Made by a program: the position numbers and the translations under genes. DNA of 53,543 nt, filler included, from Sluysia triapertura (Eukaryota): the NCBI GenBank assembly GCA_046118255.1. It is 4 parts of 4 records of this genome, joined end to end, with 100 filler letters (N's around TTAATTAATTAA, not from the genome) between each part and the next. Parts side by side here need not be neighbours in the genome. Positions count along the whole stretch, not along the records: positions 29,313 to 42,393 come from JBJNIA010061204.1; positions 42,494 to 53,543 come from JBJNIA010189585.1; 2 more parts are not named here. One strand, 5' to 3'. The notes under the pieces are model-generated. The model ran no database searches. It saw only the letters and a program-made list of their open reading frames with translations, and was not told the origin of the DNA. Positions 33,800 through 47,623 of this stretch are shown piece after piece (within the stretch, counting starts at the first letter, position 1; each line of letters starts with the position of its first letter).

Positions 33800-34380
33800 A
33801 CTATTTGTTATTACGATTCAAGTGATGATGAGACAGATCTAAGTGATGGTATTGAAAATAATTCTACGAATTGGATAGGCGGAAATTTTATGCTGAAATA
33901 TTGATTTTTAGCGCAAGTGAAGAAGTTGGAATTGATGAATAGAATCCACTGGGTTACTTTGAATATTTCTTCGATAGCGAAACAATGCAATACATAGCAG
34001 AACAAACAAGCTTACATCAAGAACAATAGCAACAACCATTCATTCCATCTTGAAAACAGGCAACATGGAAAAATTTCACTAATTAAGAGTTTTATGTATT
34101 TATAGCAACTAATCATCAAAGACTACTGGTCAACAGATTCGCTTATTATGAGCCTAATGTTTGCGTAATTATTTACCATGGAAATATTTTTATTTATTGT
34201 GAGGGAATGAACTTTTCAAGTTAGACAGAATCATGAAATACACAAAACAAACGTTTACGATGCATTTATGGAAAGAAAGAGTTAAGTTTCTGGAATATAT
34301 ATCCCATCAAAAAAGCATGGATTTATGTGATTGTGAAACAAAATATACCCTAAATTTTATTGTTTGTATGTGTAGACTAT
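33800..34380 (+). mobile_element. Degenerate piggyBac-like transposase fragment
   Basis: PLGYFEYFFDSETMQYIAEQT..WKNFT..EFYVFIA..IKDYWSTDSLI..HLWKERVKFLEYIPSK..LCDCETKYTLNFIV; typical PGBD motifs (DYWS, xWKGRxxFxQYIPSK, LCDxxTGY). Confidence 0.85.
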
Positions 34381-34476
34381 TTAATTTAATAATTGGTGCA
34401 AATTTAAATTTTAAATTAAGAAGAAGAATCACCAGCTTCATGTTCTACAATATTAACAAAGTATTTGAAATTAAAT

Positions 34477-34477
34477 A

Positions 34478-34543
<66 letters not shown>
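34477..34543. repeat. (ATT)n microsatellite
   Basis: Perfect run. Confidence 0.95.
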
Positions 34544-34761
34544 ATAAAATAATATACTTTCTTTTAATAAATTATCCCTTTCATTATTTATTATAAAAAA
34601 AGCATTTGAAAAGCTTACATAGAATTAGTTCCAAATTTATTTGTTTTTCTTATACGATAATATATGATATTGTTTTTTCAAATCCGTAGAAGAAAATAGA
34701 AAGATGTATTTAGTTGTTATTTAATATTAGGTTATGTAATATAATTTAATTCTTATTTATT

Positions 34762-34850
34762 ATTTTACTATATTATTTTACTTTATCATTTTACTTTATT
34801 ATTTTACTTTATTATTTTACTTTATCATTTTACTTTATTATTTTACTTTA
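34762..34850. repeat. 13-bp tandem repeat (ttttactttatYa)n
   Basis: About 6-7 consecutive units. Confidence 0.9.
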
Positions 34851-35509
34851 AATATTGTGATTTTTCAGATTATCTTTTGCATTTTAAATTATTATGAAAT
34901 TATAACTTCACCAAGGTAGAATTATTTATTTGATTTCTAATAAGTATTATGAAAGGTTAACTTTAAAATACGACAGATAATTTTCATTTTCATACAAATT
35001 CTGTCAATTAGACTGTGCATTGTGGCAGTTAATACTTAACTAGACACCAAGACGATTAAGATGAAAGTGCATAATTTAATAGTTAATTTAAAGCTACATC
35101 TTTAAGGTTTATGTGATGAAATTGTAAAAGAATTAAACTAATAAATATTACAAATTTATTTATTTAATTTTGTAATAAATAAAATTACCATAGAAAATTA
35201 AGATAAGTAATTTATTTATATATTTCGTAAATACATAAATTTTCTTAAACTTAGCTTAAAATACTCGTAGTATTCATATTTTATATTGATGACAAAAAGT
35301 GTATTATCGACCTTAAGCTTAAAAGAAATTTTAGAAAGAAATATACGAATAAAATTTAGGAATAAAAAATCTATTGAAACAAATTCACTCAAATAAAAAA
35401 TACGTCAAGGAATAAAATATTATACATTTTTTTATATTTATAAATTGAACTATGTTAAAAATAAAAAAATATTATATTATTTTTCTTCTGTAAGAAAATT
35501 TTTGTTGAT

Positions 35510-35566
35510 ACTTCCCCGTCCTTAAGAGTTGTCCCGCTTTGCCCATCTAAAAATATGGTCACCTTA
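35510..35566. mobile_element. hAT (Blackjack-like) terminus remnant
   Basis: gtcccg subterminal motifs followed by ATATGGTCACCTTA (cf. the TAGGGTGACCATAT TIR). Other end not found. Confidence 0.5.
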
Positions 35567-38500
35567 TATATACTTTATACTAAGTTTTGCACCTCTACCT
35601 AAAATGAGAGTTGCACATGTGCTGTATTTTAAAGAAATTACAGAAATAAGGAAAAAACGACACCTAATTACTATTTTCGTCATAAATCGATATTATAATT
35701 TATTTATTGACAGATGATAATCTTTAAATAGATAAGTTATACTTTGATAATGATGCTATAAGGCGCCTTAAAATGTCTATAAAAAATAATTAAAAAATGA
35801 TTTTACGAAGCTATTTAAAATCCGTTCAACAGTTTAAATAAAAAACTAACGATAAATTTCGATTTGTAAAATCATTTGTCGTAAATGATAAATTTTAAAT
35901 TTGTTACTAAAATTAGCTTGAGTTAAAAATTTGTATTTGCTAAATCACAATGTCTTAAATTTACTGTCTATTGTACCAAATACACTACGCCATATGAGAA
36001 CGGTCCTGTTTTACAAAAATTCTACACTATTTGTGATGGTATATCATGAAGGCATGCGAGTATGTGTATGCGTGTATTATTATGCCCAAATTTTGATCTT
36101 AAAGGTCTTTAAATTGATTAATTTTCTTTTATTATTATTGTATTATTTGCATTATTATTGTTTTTTACATTACTTTATGTCTACTCATCATCAATAACAT
36201 TTGTTTCAACTTAACTGTAAAGATTACCATACTTTAATCAAATATTATGATTGCATTTGATAAAATAATAATTTTCATGATTATTCCAAAAACTATAACT
36301 AGAAATTTCAATATTATAATATGGTCAATAAATTCTTCAACTGTACATTAATAAAGTTTCTTCGATAATATTGTTTTGCCCATACTATAGTTTATTTATA
36401 CATTCACGTACATTTACTTTGTTAATTATATTAGTTTGCATTTTTTTTATGATTTTCGTTTTCCCGGTATTATAAGTTTGGAATTACCGAGACATTTTAT
36501 TAGTGTAACATTACTGGAATTACGTGTTGTACTTTATTTTAAATTTCATAATTAATATTTAAAATGTCCTCCACTGAACAGAAATAATTAATTTCAACTA
36601 CCATAATACAATTATGACAAGGTTTTTTTTACAAATTATTTGTCATTGGCAACAGTATTTTTCTTATTTGATGATTTAAGTCATTTCTATGTATGATATA
36701 TACATTGAAAAAAGCAAACGTTGTAATTCCATATAAATTACATATAATAAATAGTCAGATGGCAACTTAGAGTTAAAATAAAAGCAAGGATTAGACTAAA
36801 TGTAGGTTTATATTTTTGAAAATTACAAAGAAAATCTTTTAGTCTATTAAATGTTGGAAACTCTTTTTGATGATATCGTTTTTCACATTTGTTTTATGTT
36901 TTGTGTATTGTACTTTTGTAATTTTTAACTAAATATTTAAATTATTAATGACCAATTTATAGGATGGATAATATTTTTTTCAAAATATTTAAAACTACAT
37001 CGTATATAATAATAAAATTAAGTTGATGATTTATTCTTATTTTCATTTAAATATAAAAATTGACAAATGTTTTTAAAATAATTCATTAAGTTGTATCCGA
37101 AGGTAAATGGTATATCAAGAATATTATTAGGAATATATGCAATTAAGTTTTTCAATTTCCTTATTTTCTCCGCCAATAGGAACTGAAGAATTTTATTCTT
37201 TACTTGAATCTTACTTATTTTAAATATTCTAATGCTTTTATAATTGGTTTGATAATATTTTCTATGGCTAATTGTATAAACATTTACTTACGCTTATTTA
37301 GACTTTATTTTTTGAAATCCAAAGATTCTATTTTCAATATTGCATTATTTTATCATCACCTTAATTGCATTGTTAATTATTAAAAATATTCCATGTTAAT
37401 TGAAGTGGTTTATGAAATTTTATAATGCTATAATGCATAAGTATAAATGAATGAATGTCTATATCCTGTTTTGTAAGCAATAATAGTAATTGTAATTACA
37501 GAAAAATAAGAAAATTATAAAATTTAATCGAAATTTAATTTGTATTAAAATCTGTGTGTTAAGTAGTAAAATAATTTAACGTAACATCTTATTTTATAAT
37601 TCATTATTGACACCGAATATTAGAGATTTTTCTAATCACTTATTGACAATTGTAGTTGTTCGATGATGAAAATGAAAACAAGTTTCTTTTTATTTCAGAA
37701 ATATTATGACGAAAGAAGTATTTTATGTACGTGTATGTACTTATTTCAAAATTAATATATTATTACTTTTGTTATAACTATTATTATTGTCATTATTCTT
37801 ACTATTTTCTTAATATTGTAAATATTAAAAATTATAAGAAAATATGATTACCTAAAACAATAAAATATTAAATGTTGTAAATAAATTTTGTTTAATAACT
37901 TTATAAAGAATTTTAGAAAAATTTACATTAATTAATAAGTACAAATTTAATATTTCTATTATTTTAGAGAAAAATTCTTTTATTTCGATAAACAAAATCT
38001 CATTAATCATATTTTTCTTTTTTTTAAAATAATTGCCGCAATTAAATCGCCGGCATACTCTAAAGACTTTCGGCTTAGTTCACAAAATTGATTCAGTATA
38101 AATAGATTGCGATTTCTGGCTAAAAACACACAATTTTAAAGCATAATTAAAAGAGAGAAATCACAAAACTTCGTTGGAAGATTCGTGGTAAATTTGTATC
38201 AGCTATTAAACCTGATTCGGAATATATATTTCGTGGATCGATTACATTTGGATTTGGATTCTAACTGTTCTAGCAGCCAACATTAGACTATATTTTTAAA
38301 CATCCATGAAATCGTAAGCTATTTATTATAAGTGGTTCACAATAATTATTTTGTGTTAAAATATACGTAAATTATCATAAACAATTTCCAAGCCCAAGTA
38401 TTCACCTGGATTAAAATCTTCTTAAAATTCTTATTTATATTAATTAATCTTAGGAGAAATCCTAGAATATAAACCATTATATATTGATCATATTTATTTT

Positions 38501-38960
38501 GTATTTAACCTATTTATTTAGTTTGTTCATAATATATATTCGATAGATAACTGAGTTTTTTAATTTTGTGTAGGACTAAAAAATAATTTGTTAGTGTTAA
38601 GTGAAATAAAGGATATTAGTGTTAAGATAAATTGAAAGATATTCTGTGCTAACAGATTAATTAACAGACCCTCTGACAATTGTTAAAGAATTAGACTTTA
38701 ATTAGTGAATTGTGCACCAAATATTAATGATTCCTTATCGCAGAATATTTTTGACTGTTGCTGGTGTTTTTATATAATTTAACTTACACTGATAATTTAA
38801 ATTATCTGAGGGTTCAGTCCACATAATATATACGTTTTATACCAATTCTGGAGACGTACTATTAGGGTTTTAAATCAAGTAACTTAACTTAAATCACTAA
38901 TCAGTATAACCAAATAAACTCAACTCAACTGCTTGAATCTTTTGATTTTAATTAGGTTAC

Positions 38961-39297
38961 ACAACCCTTTTATTAAGGTGTTGTTGAGAAAAATAAGTTA
39001 TACAACTCTCTTACTGAGATGTTGTATCGAAAGGAATGTTTTATTTATATTACACAAACCTTTGATTAAGGTGTTGTTGCAAAATAAGGATTTTAACTTA
39101 GTGATTTATTTAGTTATACTTTCTTTAATAGAAACTTAATAATAACTATTAAACTCTCTAATAATTTATTTTTTCACTTATCAAATACGAACAAAAAACT
39201 AGTATAGTAACAATATGAATTTAAAATGATTCAATCTCTCGATTGATTATATATATTTTAACTTGAAAATTACTCAACCCTGTTTTGAGGTGTTGAA
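38961..39297. repeat. Four bulged stem-loop repeats, probably in an LTR-element leader
   Basis: acaac-cctt-ttatt-aagg-t-gttgt; atacaac-tctc-ttact-gaga-t-gttgtat; acaaa-cctt-tgatt-aagg-t-gttgt; tcaac-cct-gttttg-agg-t-gttga. Confidence 0.75.
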
Positions 39298-40289
39298 AAA
39301 TATGCAGTAAATTTTAGATATTCCCACTTAGGGTGAATATGTAAACCTTAATAATAAAAAATTACTTGTTCACTTTATTTGACATAATCGAAACAAAAAT
39401 ATTGAAGATTTAGCTCTTAATCTTGTCTTGTTGCTGTTGTGCTAGTAAGTTGATCACTTGTGCTAATAACTTGTGTCTAAATTGTTTTAAGTTATCCTAT
39501 TTATACTTACTTGGACAAAATTTTATTATTTATTTTTTCTTTGTGAAATATTAAATTTTTTCCTAAAAATAATTTTTCTTTATTATAATTTTCCTAAAAT
39601 AATTTTTCTTAATCCTAAAAATAAATTGTTTAATTTAAACAAAAATAAAAATTTACTTAATTTTCTTTATTTAAACGAAATTAATTTTTCTTTAATTTAT
39701 ATTTTTATCTTTTAATTTTTATAATTTTTTATTTATTTAATTTTATATTTTTATTTTAGCTATAATAATAATATTTATAAAATAATAATAATATTTATAA
39801 ATAATAATATTTATAAAAACTACTATAAAATACACAAATAAAATAAACAAATAAATTATACCTTTACACTGTCATTCCTATAACTACGTCTTCCTTAGGA
39901 CTTAAATCGTAGATTATAGGCGAACCCATAAATTATAAAAACTATAATTGTTGAATAATTAGAAGAGATACCAACATTTGCAATTTAAAATTAATTTTAA
40001 ATTTACATTAATTATATGCTAAAATGTGTCACGATTCTTAGATAGTTATTTTGTAATTTTTTAACTTCCTCTTTGTCTTAAATGTTTAACGCAGTATTCA
40101 ATTTGAGAGTTATCTATAATAATCACTGATATAATATTTATCCAGTACGTACAATCACCTTTTTTCTAGTGTACATGCAAAACACTAGAGTAATAATAAT
40201 AAATGGGTTTACAATAAACAATATAATGATGTTGCTTCTTTTAATTTGAATTTATAACCATAACTTAATGACAAAATTAATTTAACTTG

Positions 40290-40930
40290 AAATCTCACTA
40301 TATTTAATCGCAAAATCAAACAAATTATTACAATGAGTTTTTTCTACTTTATAGACAATATAACTCAATTTGTTACTTCTTTAGTAAATGAGATTTTAAT
40401 TAATTAATCTATTTTTAGACTTAATCTTATTTCGTGCTTAAAGGTTTTATTAAAGTTCTAAAGTTATTTAATACATTATAAGGCACTCAGGGATTTCTAA
40501 ATGCTTTCATCTTGATTCCGATTCCTTTTTCTACTTTATATTAATTATCAGGGTATCTTTATTATTAATAACAATAACTCCATTTCTCAAATGTTTTAAA
40601 GATTTCAAATATTTTCTAAATTACCCAAAGGTCTCGAATGCTTATCAAGTTTACAATAATACTTTAAGGTTTTAAATGATTTCAAGGTTCACAAGTTCAA
40701 AGCTACCTTAATACCTCTCGATATTTTCCAAGCTCATCTCAAGTCTCTATAAGGTCTCGGCACCTTATAAAGGTTTTGGAACTCCAAGATATTCTTTAAC
40801 TTTCAATTATAATTATTTTCATCTTCGTCATTCTTAGTCTAGCAATATTTTATTTTTTCGCCCATAGTTTTGTATTCATTCTTTCTACATCTCCAATTCC
40901 ATATATTCTTCACCCGTTTTCTATTCATCA
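40290..40930 (-). repeat. Repeat family R1, copy 3
   Basis: Colinear with 14480-14900 and reverse complement of 3690-3880. Confidence 0.75.
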
Positions 40931-40999
40931 GTTTGATAATTAAAACAATAAGACACTTCTATAAAATTGGATATACAATTGACATATTTTTATTAGAAC

Positions 41000-42378
41000 T
41001 TTTCAAGAATTATTATTAAATAAGGTACTCAAATTGTTCCGTAAGATTTTGTTCTTAATTTTTCATTACAAATTTTAAAATATGTTTTATAGCTAGTTTT
41101 ACATTGAATCTAAAGTACAATAGTGTGTGGAGAGCAAGAAATAAACAAATTTGTAAAATCTATTATTATTTTTTATGAAAATTGTTTATAACTTTAATTG
41201 AACCAAAACGTCTCAACATTAATTTAACTATTTGTAACAAAATAGGCGTAAGGTCTGTAACAATTAACGAATTTAAAACGATAACGAAATTTGTCATTTT
41301 ATTAATTAGAAATAATAAATAAAAACGAAACAAGTAAAATGTAAATAATAATAATAAAACCATGTGTTTTTGTATATCCACTAGAATATCTGCCAGAATT
41401 TTCAATAATTTCAATAAACGATTATGTGGTACTATTTTACATATTGTTTGGAATCGCACCATAAATCTTGTAACCATATTTGTACATTCAATACGCAACA
41501 TGTTCATGCCATAATCTTGACTACTTGCCATAATTATGCACAACAAAATTGATAATTCAATTTGTAAAGATTTGAAAAAAACAGCCGATCTTTAGTAGTA
41601 TCTCTGAATAACTATAATTAGAATTTTTTAATACTCGTACTGGAACATCATTCATTTTACTATAAATATAATCATCACTTCCTGATGATTTCAATATAGA
41701 TTTAGTTAATTCACGTGTTGATGTGCATGATTAAAATGATTTAATATATCATTCATTTTATTAAATATATTATTAGATGAACTGCTTCGTTTAAGAGTTT
41801 TTTTGATAAATTTTTATTAAAATTTAAATCAGCAGCTCCAACACTTTCATAATGGTCAATTAGCATAGGATACGGTTTTGGATTTTTAAATGTCATTTTA
41901 ATAATACATTACCAAAGAATCATTTATTGATTTTTTTTAATCTTTTTTAATTAATTCGTATTAATTATTATTTTATTATTAATACTAATATAATAGGTAT
42001 ACTTATTTAATTTGTAGTAAATTGTGTTATCAAATTGTAAATAAATATAATTTCTATATGTTTTGAATCTTCGTATTTTTATCTATTTTAACGAAGTGAG
42101 TGAACAAAGTACTGATTAATTATTTAATATTTTGAATAGTTTTATGAATCGTTATATAAATAGATAGACGTAGTTTTTACAATACCATTTGTTGATTGGC
42201 TATTGACAAGAATAGATTTAATGTTTCCATTGATATTAGAAGTTACAGATAGAGGATATTTATTTTCAGAAGTATTCAAGCAATTCTTGTGATTTTCATT
42301 ATAATTTCTTTCAGGTACAAAGGTAGCACGGCGATATTTTGGTGATCTAACCATTTCTTTGAATTGTTGACGTTTCAT
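41000..42378 (-). pseudogene. Unit 4 main-arm orphan gene, heavily interrupted
   Basis: ORFs 42378-42142 and 41546-41166 plus intervening open stretches (LISTLFTHFVKIDKIRRFKTYRNYIYLQF; MTFKNPKPYPMLIDHYESVGAADL; TRELTKSILKSSGSDDYIYSKMNDVPVRVLKNS). 5' end abuts a gap. Confidence 0.55.
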
Positions 42379-42393
42379 ATTTGAGGCATTTAG

Positions 42394-42493
42394 NNNNNNN
42401 NNNNNNNNNNNNNNNNNNNNNNNNNNNNNNNNNNNNNTTAATTAATTAANNNNNNNNNNNNNNNNNNNNNNNNNNNNNNNNNNNNNNNNNNNN
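42394..42493. other. Artificial contig-join linker
   Basis: N44-TTAATTAATTAA-N44. Confidence 0.95.
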
Positions 42494-42515
42494 TTTCTAG
42501 TTCTCCTTGGTCGCG

Positions 42516-42583
42516 CATCATCAACGTCACTCATTGAAATTAATAAATTATGAAAATTGTATTACGTGGTAGTGGTTCACAAA
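42516..42583. promoter_or_regulatory. Degenerate hairpin-A-like remnant (module copy 4)
   Basis: CATCATCAACGT...ACGTGGTAGTGGTTCACAAA vs copy 2 CATCGTCATCG...TGATGGCGGTAACAAA; same position between a minus-strand arm and a plus-strand partner. Confidence 0.45.
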
Positions 42584-42619
42584 AATTGTTTTTATATAAT
42601 AAATAATTGTTAGAAAATA

Positions 42620-43060
42620 TTATAAGAGTTAAAATGGGTTTTAGGTCGTTAAATTGATTTTTAGTGATTATTGCGAAATAATTTTTTACATGCTATAATG
42701 TTTTTGCAAATGGTTATGGATGATGAGTATGGTTGTGTGACGTGGAATTGGAATGTTATTGTTGATTGTTGTTTTAGGTGAGATGATCTTTGTTTCTGAA
42801 TGTTATTGTATTTGTGATTTGTGAAATTCGTGTTATGGTTCTGACTTGTTTGTTAAGGTATTTAATGAGTGAATGTTTTGAATTGTTTGAAATGGATGTG
42901 AGAATTTATTGAGTTGGGAATGTTAAGATATGGATTAATTTGTTGTTGGATGTAGTTTGGTGAAATGTTAAGATTGTATATTATTGTTTTATGAGGTGAA
43001 TTGAGTGATGTTTATATTTGAAAGATATTGTTGTGAGTGCTATTATTTTGAGGAGATTTA
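42620..43060 (+). pseudogene. Unit 4 partner arm: decayed 'VVxCxC' family ORF
   Basis: IRVMVLTCLLRYLMSECFELFEMDVRIY*VGNVKIWINLLLDVVW (42826-42960) aligns to MNNVFEMLYLNRRCEVGTF..LLMLW and RVGNFK. Strong G/T skew. Confidence 0.55.
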
Positions 43061-45079
43061 ATTTAATCTTAAATTTAACATAATTAAAGTTAAATTTATA
43101 TAGGTTGTAATGCCTTCACTTCCAATAAGAGAGCTGCTTGTCACATTAGTGGTAAACACTGCGCTTGAGGATTTGTCTTTAGCAACCGATGCAATGCAAC
43201 TATTATTGCCATTAGTGATCTACGTTTTTATTATTTGGGTATCGACATTTTTCATGTTGTATTATCCCTGTATTTTTCTTTTTTAATCTACTGCATACGG
43301 ACAGTTATTCATAACTTTGAATTTATATATCGTTATTAAAGAATAATTGATAATTTGTTATTTTTGTTACTTTTAAAATATATACCGAGAATACATGTTA
43401 ATTTAATTGTTGAATTATCATTGAATATTTTGAATAAAGACACAACATATAGAATTAGTCATAATTTTGGAGATATGTATAATGTAAATGATTCCTCATA
43501 TTTCAAATATTGATCGCACAGCGTACTCAGGTGATCTAAAATATAATAAAATTAAAAATACTACTTTATTGCATCATGGCATTTAGAAAATAAACATTTA
43601 TGTAATATAAATAAGAAGTTTAACAAATGAAAATTTCCACTACTCTGCGACAGAATGCATAAATTAAAAATAGTACAACTTTAGCAAAGAAAAAACTAAA
43701 ATTTGAAATAAATTTTTAATTGCTATTTTGAATTGAATTTTATAGACTAGTCACACTTAATTAAAACAGAAAATTTCGTAGTGAAATTCAACACACAAAT
43801 TTCAAACAATGAAAACTAATTTCATTAATATGAATTAAAATTATTAATTAAATTAATAATATTATTTACATAAATATATACTGTGATGATTTATTTTATA
43901 AAAATATTTGTTTTCAGGTTTTATTTGAAGTAAAATTATTTTTAATAAAAGTATTTAATATTTTTATACATTCTGAATATATTATTTATTAATTATATTA
44001 ATAATAATCTTTAAAAAATTTTTGTTTTTAATCTAACATAATCTACTTATATATACTACTATTGTCATGTAAACCTAAAACGTTCCAGTTATTATTGCTC
44101 ATCAGACATTTTATCGAATTTCATAATGAACTGATCTTATATTCTAATCTTGAGCAGTCAATTTCCTGAAGTCTGNNNNNNNNNNNNNNNNNNNNNNNNN
44201 NNNNNNNNNNNNNNNNNNNNNNNNNNNNNNNNNNNNNNNNNNNNNNNNNNNNNNNNNNNNNNNNNNNNNNNNNNNNNNNNNNNNNNNNNNNNNNNNNNNN
44301 NNNNNNNNNNNNNNNNNNNNNNNNNNNNNNNNNNNNNNNNNNNNNNNNNNNNNNNNNNNNNNNNNNNNNNNNNNNNNNNNNNNNNNNNNNNNNNNNNNNN
44401 NNNNNNNNNNNTATTTAGTGTTTCTTTAGAAATAAACACGAATTAATTAAATATGTTAACATGAATTATTGTTACATAAAATAATATAATTATCATAATA
44501 TAATTATAAACAATGAAGAATGTACTAAAAATAGAATTATATTAAATAATAATCAATAAATTGACGAAAAAGATAGAGTAAATATTGACATCAATGACAT
44601 TTATTATTAAAATCAGTATTATCATTATAACTGGAACTAAAAATATGCATAGGAATAAGAAACATAATACAAAAGAAATGAGAAAGAATACAGAAATAAA
44701 ATAATAAACACAACCTTACACCTTCAATTTTCTCTTCAATTTTTTTGCCTGTATACTCGAAATAATTTTGTTTAATCAAACTATTTTTCAAATATTATCA
44801 GTGCGATGGCTCAGCCTTAACTTACAATTTTAACATTCATTAAGTCAAACATCAGCTTAGATCAATCCTATAATATTTTTATTACATGCAATTTTCATTA
44901 TTCACATTTTTTACAATACTGACACGTCTTATAATTCTATCACTCACAAATTCGCTTAAACTACCAAATACAATCATTTTTAATTCTAGTATATCACAAA
45001 CATTACAACCTTTCAGTTATACATTTGGTGTTTTGTTTTACATACTTAATCGACGTAATTTGTTAAGATAAGAAGTTGA

Positions 45080-45890
45080 TATTGGAATATATGAAGCAAA
45101 AAAACTGAGTATTCGGAGACAAAACCATAAGAAACTGTATACGAATTTGTTTGTTCAAAAGAATCATGTAGCAAAAGCAAAAATTCCAGATGATGAAAAA
45201 AAGGTATAATTTTAATAGATAATTTTAAGAGTGGATTATGTCCCGAATTGAGAATTTACGTTAGTTTGGTAGAAAATCAGTCATTTAAGGAAATAGTTAA
45301 TAAAATTAAGAGGCATCGAGAGATCTCTAGTCGAAGAAAAGGATAATACAGGTTAAATAAGTAATGAAAGTAAAGAAATAAGAGTCCTGAGTATAACTCA
45401 AAAATTAGTATAATTATAAAAATAATTACAGTAATATCAGCAATGAAAGAAATAATTTTCGAAATGTATGAATAATGTTAATTAGAGAATAGATGATTAC
45501 CCAAGAAGATGAATACTCACAGATTCGAAATAATGCCAAAAAACAATGACAATTCTCGAAATTTTGAGAAACGACCAGTACCTAGACGGCTTAGTATTAA
45601 AAATGACAATTTTCTAAATAAAAGTAAGAATCAGAATAGATCAAATAATAATAATTATTATTATTATAACATAGAAGAGAAACAATATGACACAGTTGTG
45701 TCAAGAAGGGGCGTTATGCCTGCAGTTGCAGAAAGGTAAAATCTGCCGTTTTAATCAAGAATTAACAAAAATGGGAAGTTATCAATGACCTAGAAAACAG
45801 AGCTCAACGAAACAGTAATAATAAAAATGACAAAGGACAAATGAACTGCATTTATGCCAAAAAGACAATAAAAATCGAAAGGTTACACTA
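45080..45890 (+). mobile_element. Decayed Ty3/gypsy gag remnant
   Basis: With frameshifts reads RRQNHKETVYEFV..DNFKSGLCPELRIYVSLVENQSFKEIVNK, then an Asn-rich linker and a degenerate CCHC knuckle *HSCVKKGRYACSC near 45690-45730. Confidence 0.7.
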
Positions 45891-46299
45891 GATATGATGA
45901 CGAAAATTGTAAGCTACATCTTTTAGGTAGTGGTGTTTTTATTTAAAGCGATTTTAATTATTATTAATAATTTTATATTTCCACACACAATCACTAAGGG
46001 CCTAAAAATAAAATTATTGTTATAAAATTATCATATTATCGTCATTACAGTCCTATAGAAACATTTTATAAGAATAATTTTTCTTTTTCTTCTCACTTAT
46101 TGTCACCTTTCTTTGATTTTGTTTCCTTTTTAATTTTTCAATAACAAGTTAATATGTTATATCATCTTATTTTAAAGATTATTAAAGTTTTTTCTGCGTT
46201 TGAATTAAAATTAAAAAATGATTTGTATTTAGTGTTAATGAGTACTTAAACAGAGTTTATAATAAGTAATGAATAACTAAAGAATTTAATATTGTTTGA

Positions 46300-46650
46300 T
46301 AACGTAGCATATTTTGCTACGTTGCTAATATTTATTTAAACCTTAAGTTAAATAGTTTTATTATTTATGTTAGGCTGTTGCTATTGTATATGATGATGTG
46401 TACTTGATCATGCACGATATGGTTCATTGATACGTTTGATAAGAAAAAGCTTTAACGAGTAACGCCGTAAAGCAATTTTCGAAGATCAAAGAACACAGTT
46501 ACAAGGTGATTTTGTTGAATAAAGTTGAAATGAATAAGATTGGAGATTTCGTTGCATTTGTAATTGTGTGTACATAAATGTTATATAATCTTCGTATTGG
46601 TGTGCTCGTATTGATATGAGGTAACTAATGCACTAATATATTGTTAACTT
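46300..46650 (+). pseudogene. Possible decayed orphan ORF remnant
   Basis: AVAIVYDDVYLIMHDMVH and SNAVKQFSKIKEHSYKVILLNKVEMNKIGDFVAFVIV; weak likeness to the 1-995 remnant. Confidence 0.3.
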
Positions 46651-47572
46651 ATTCGATTATTGATTATTTGTTCATTGTAATATTTGTTTATACTATTAAT
46701 ATTATTTATTAATACTATTTTTAATTCATTTTATATTTCTTTGTATTTTTGAATATTCAAATTTTTACGTAATTGTAATTCATTTAATTTTGGAAATAAA
46801 TCTTATTAAAGTAAGAAATTATATAATGTTAATTAAAAAATCATATATCAATTAAATTAACGTAATAAATAAATTTTAATATTTTGTTTTAATAAATTAA
46901 ATATCAATCTTTTGTTTTAATCTGAAGGTTGGATTGAAAACAAGTATAAATAAACTCGAATTTTTGTAAACAATTCACAATTTTTAACATAATCTTTTAA
47001 CGTAATCTTTAACATAATTTCGTGGTCTACGTTTTCGGAACAAGCTCACTGTCTAAAAACTCGTTTAGTGTTACGTTAGTTTAAATATTGTAAGATGCGA
47101 TATTAATAATAATATCTACGAAAAATCTTACTCAAAATCTTTTTATTAAATATTTGGATCTTATAGTAGATCCTACGAAAAAGCATTAATAAAATTATCT
47201 GATTTCTTAAATTTTAACCTTCACTGAGTTAAAATACGCAAAATAATATTGTATTATATATTTTTTTATTATTACGTCATCATTGTTTCATAATAAATTA
47301 TTAAAAACGAGTTTTATTATTCAATTTATATAGTTACAAATTTTAAAATCCGTAGAAGAAAGTGCTTTCAACAACTGGAATCTAAATCCAATTACGTAAA
47401 ATCTCTTTAATATTCCATTTCAAGGAATCTACGTAAAATAACTCAAATAACATTATTAATAACGTTTCATAAATTTTCTTAATATCAGAATGTACCTCCA
47501 GACATTTAAAGATATAAATTCGTATCGCTAGCAAAGTCCTAGCACTTCTTACTTAAGAATCCTTTTATTCAC

Positions 47573-47623
47573 AAATCCAACGGCTGGCCCTAATCGGTAA
47601 GCCCAGTACGTTGGTGAACTCAC
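47573..47623 (+). repeat. Dispersed repeat R3, copy 2
   Basis: 48/51 identical to 15009-15059. Confidence 0.85.

Noticed and set aside
43100-43300. Possible hAT transposase remnant on the minus strand (RLLKTNPQA)
   Set aside because: Too degenerate to support without an HMM search.
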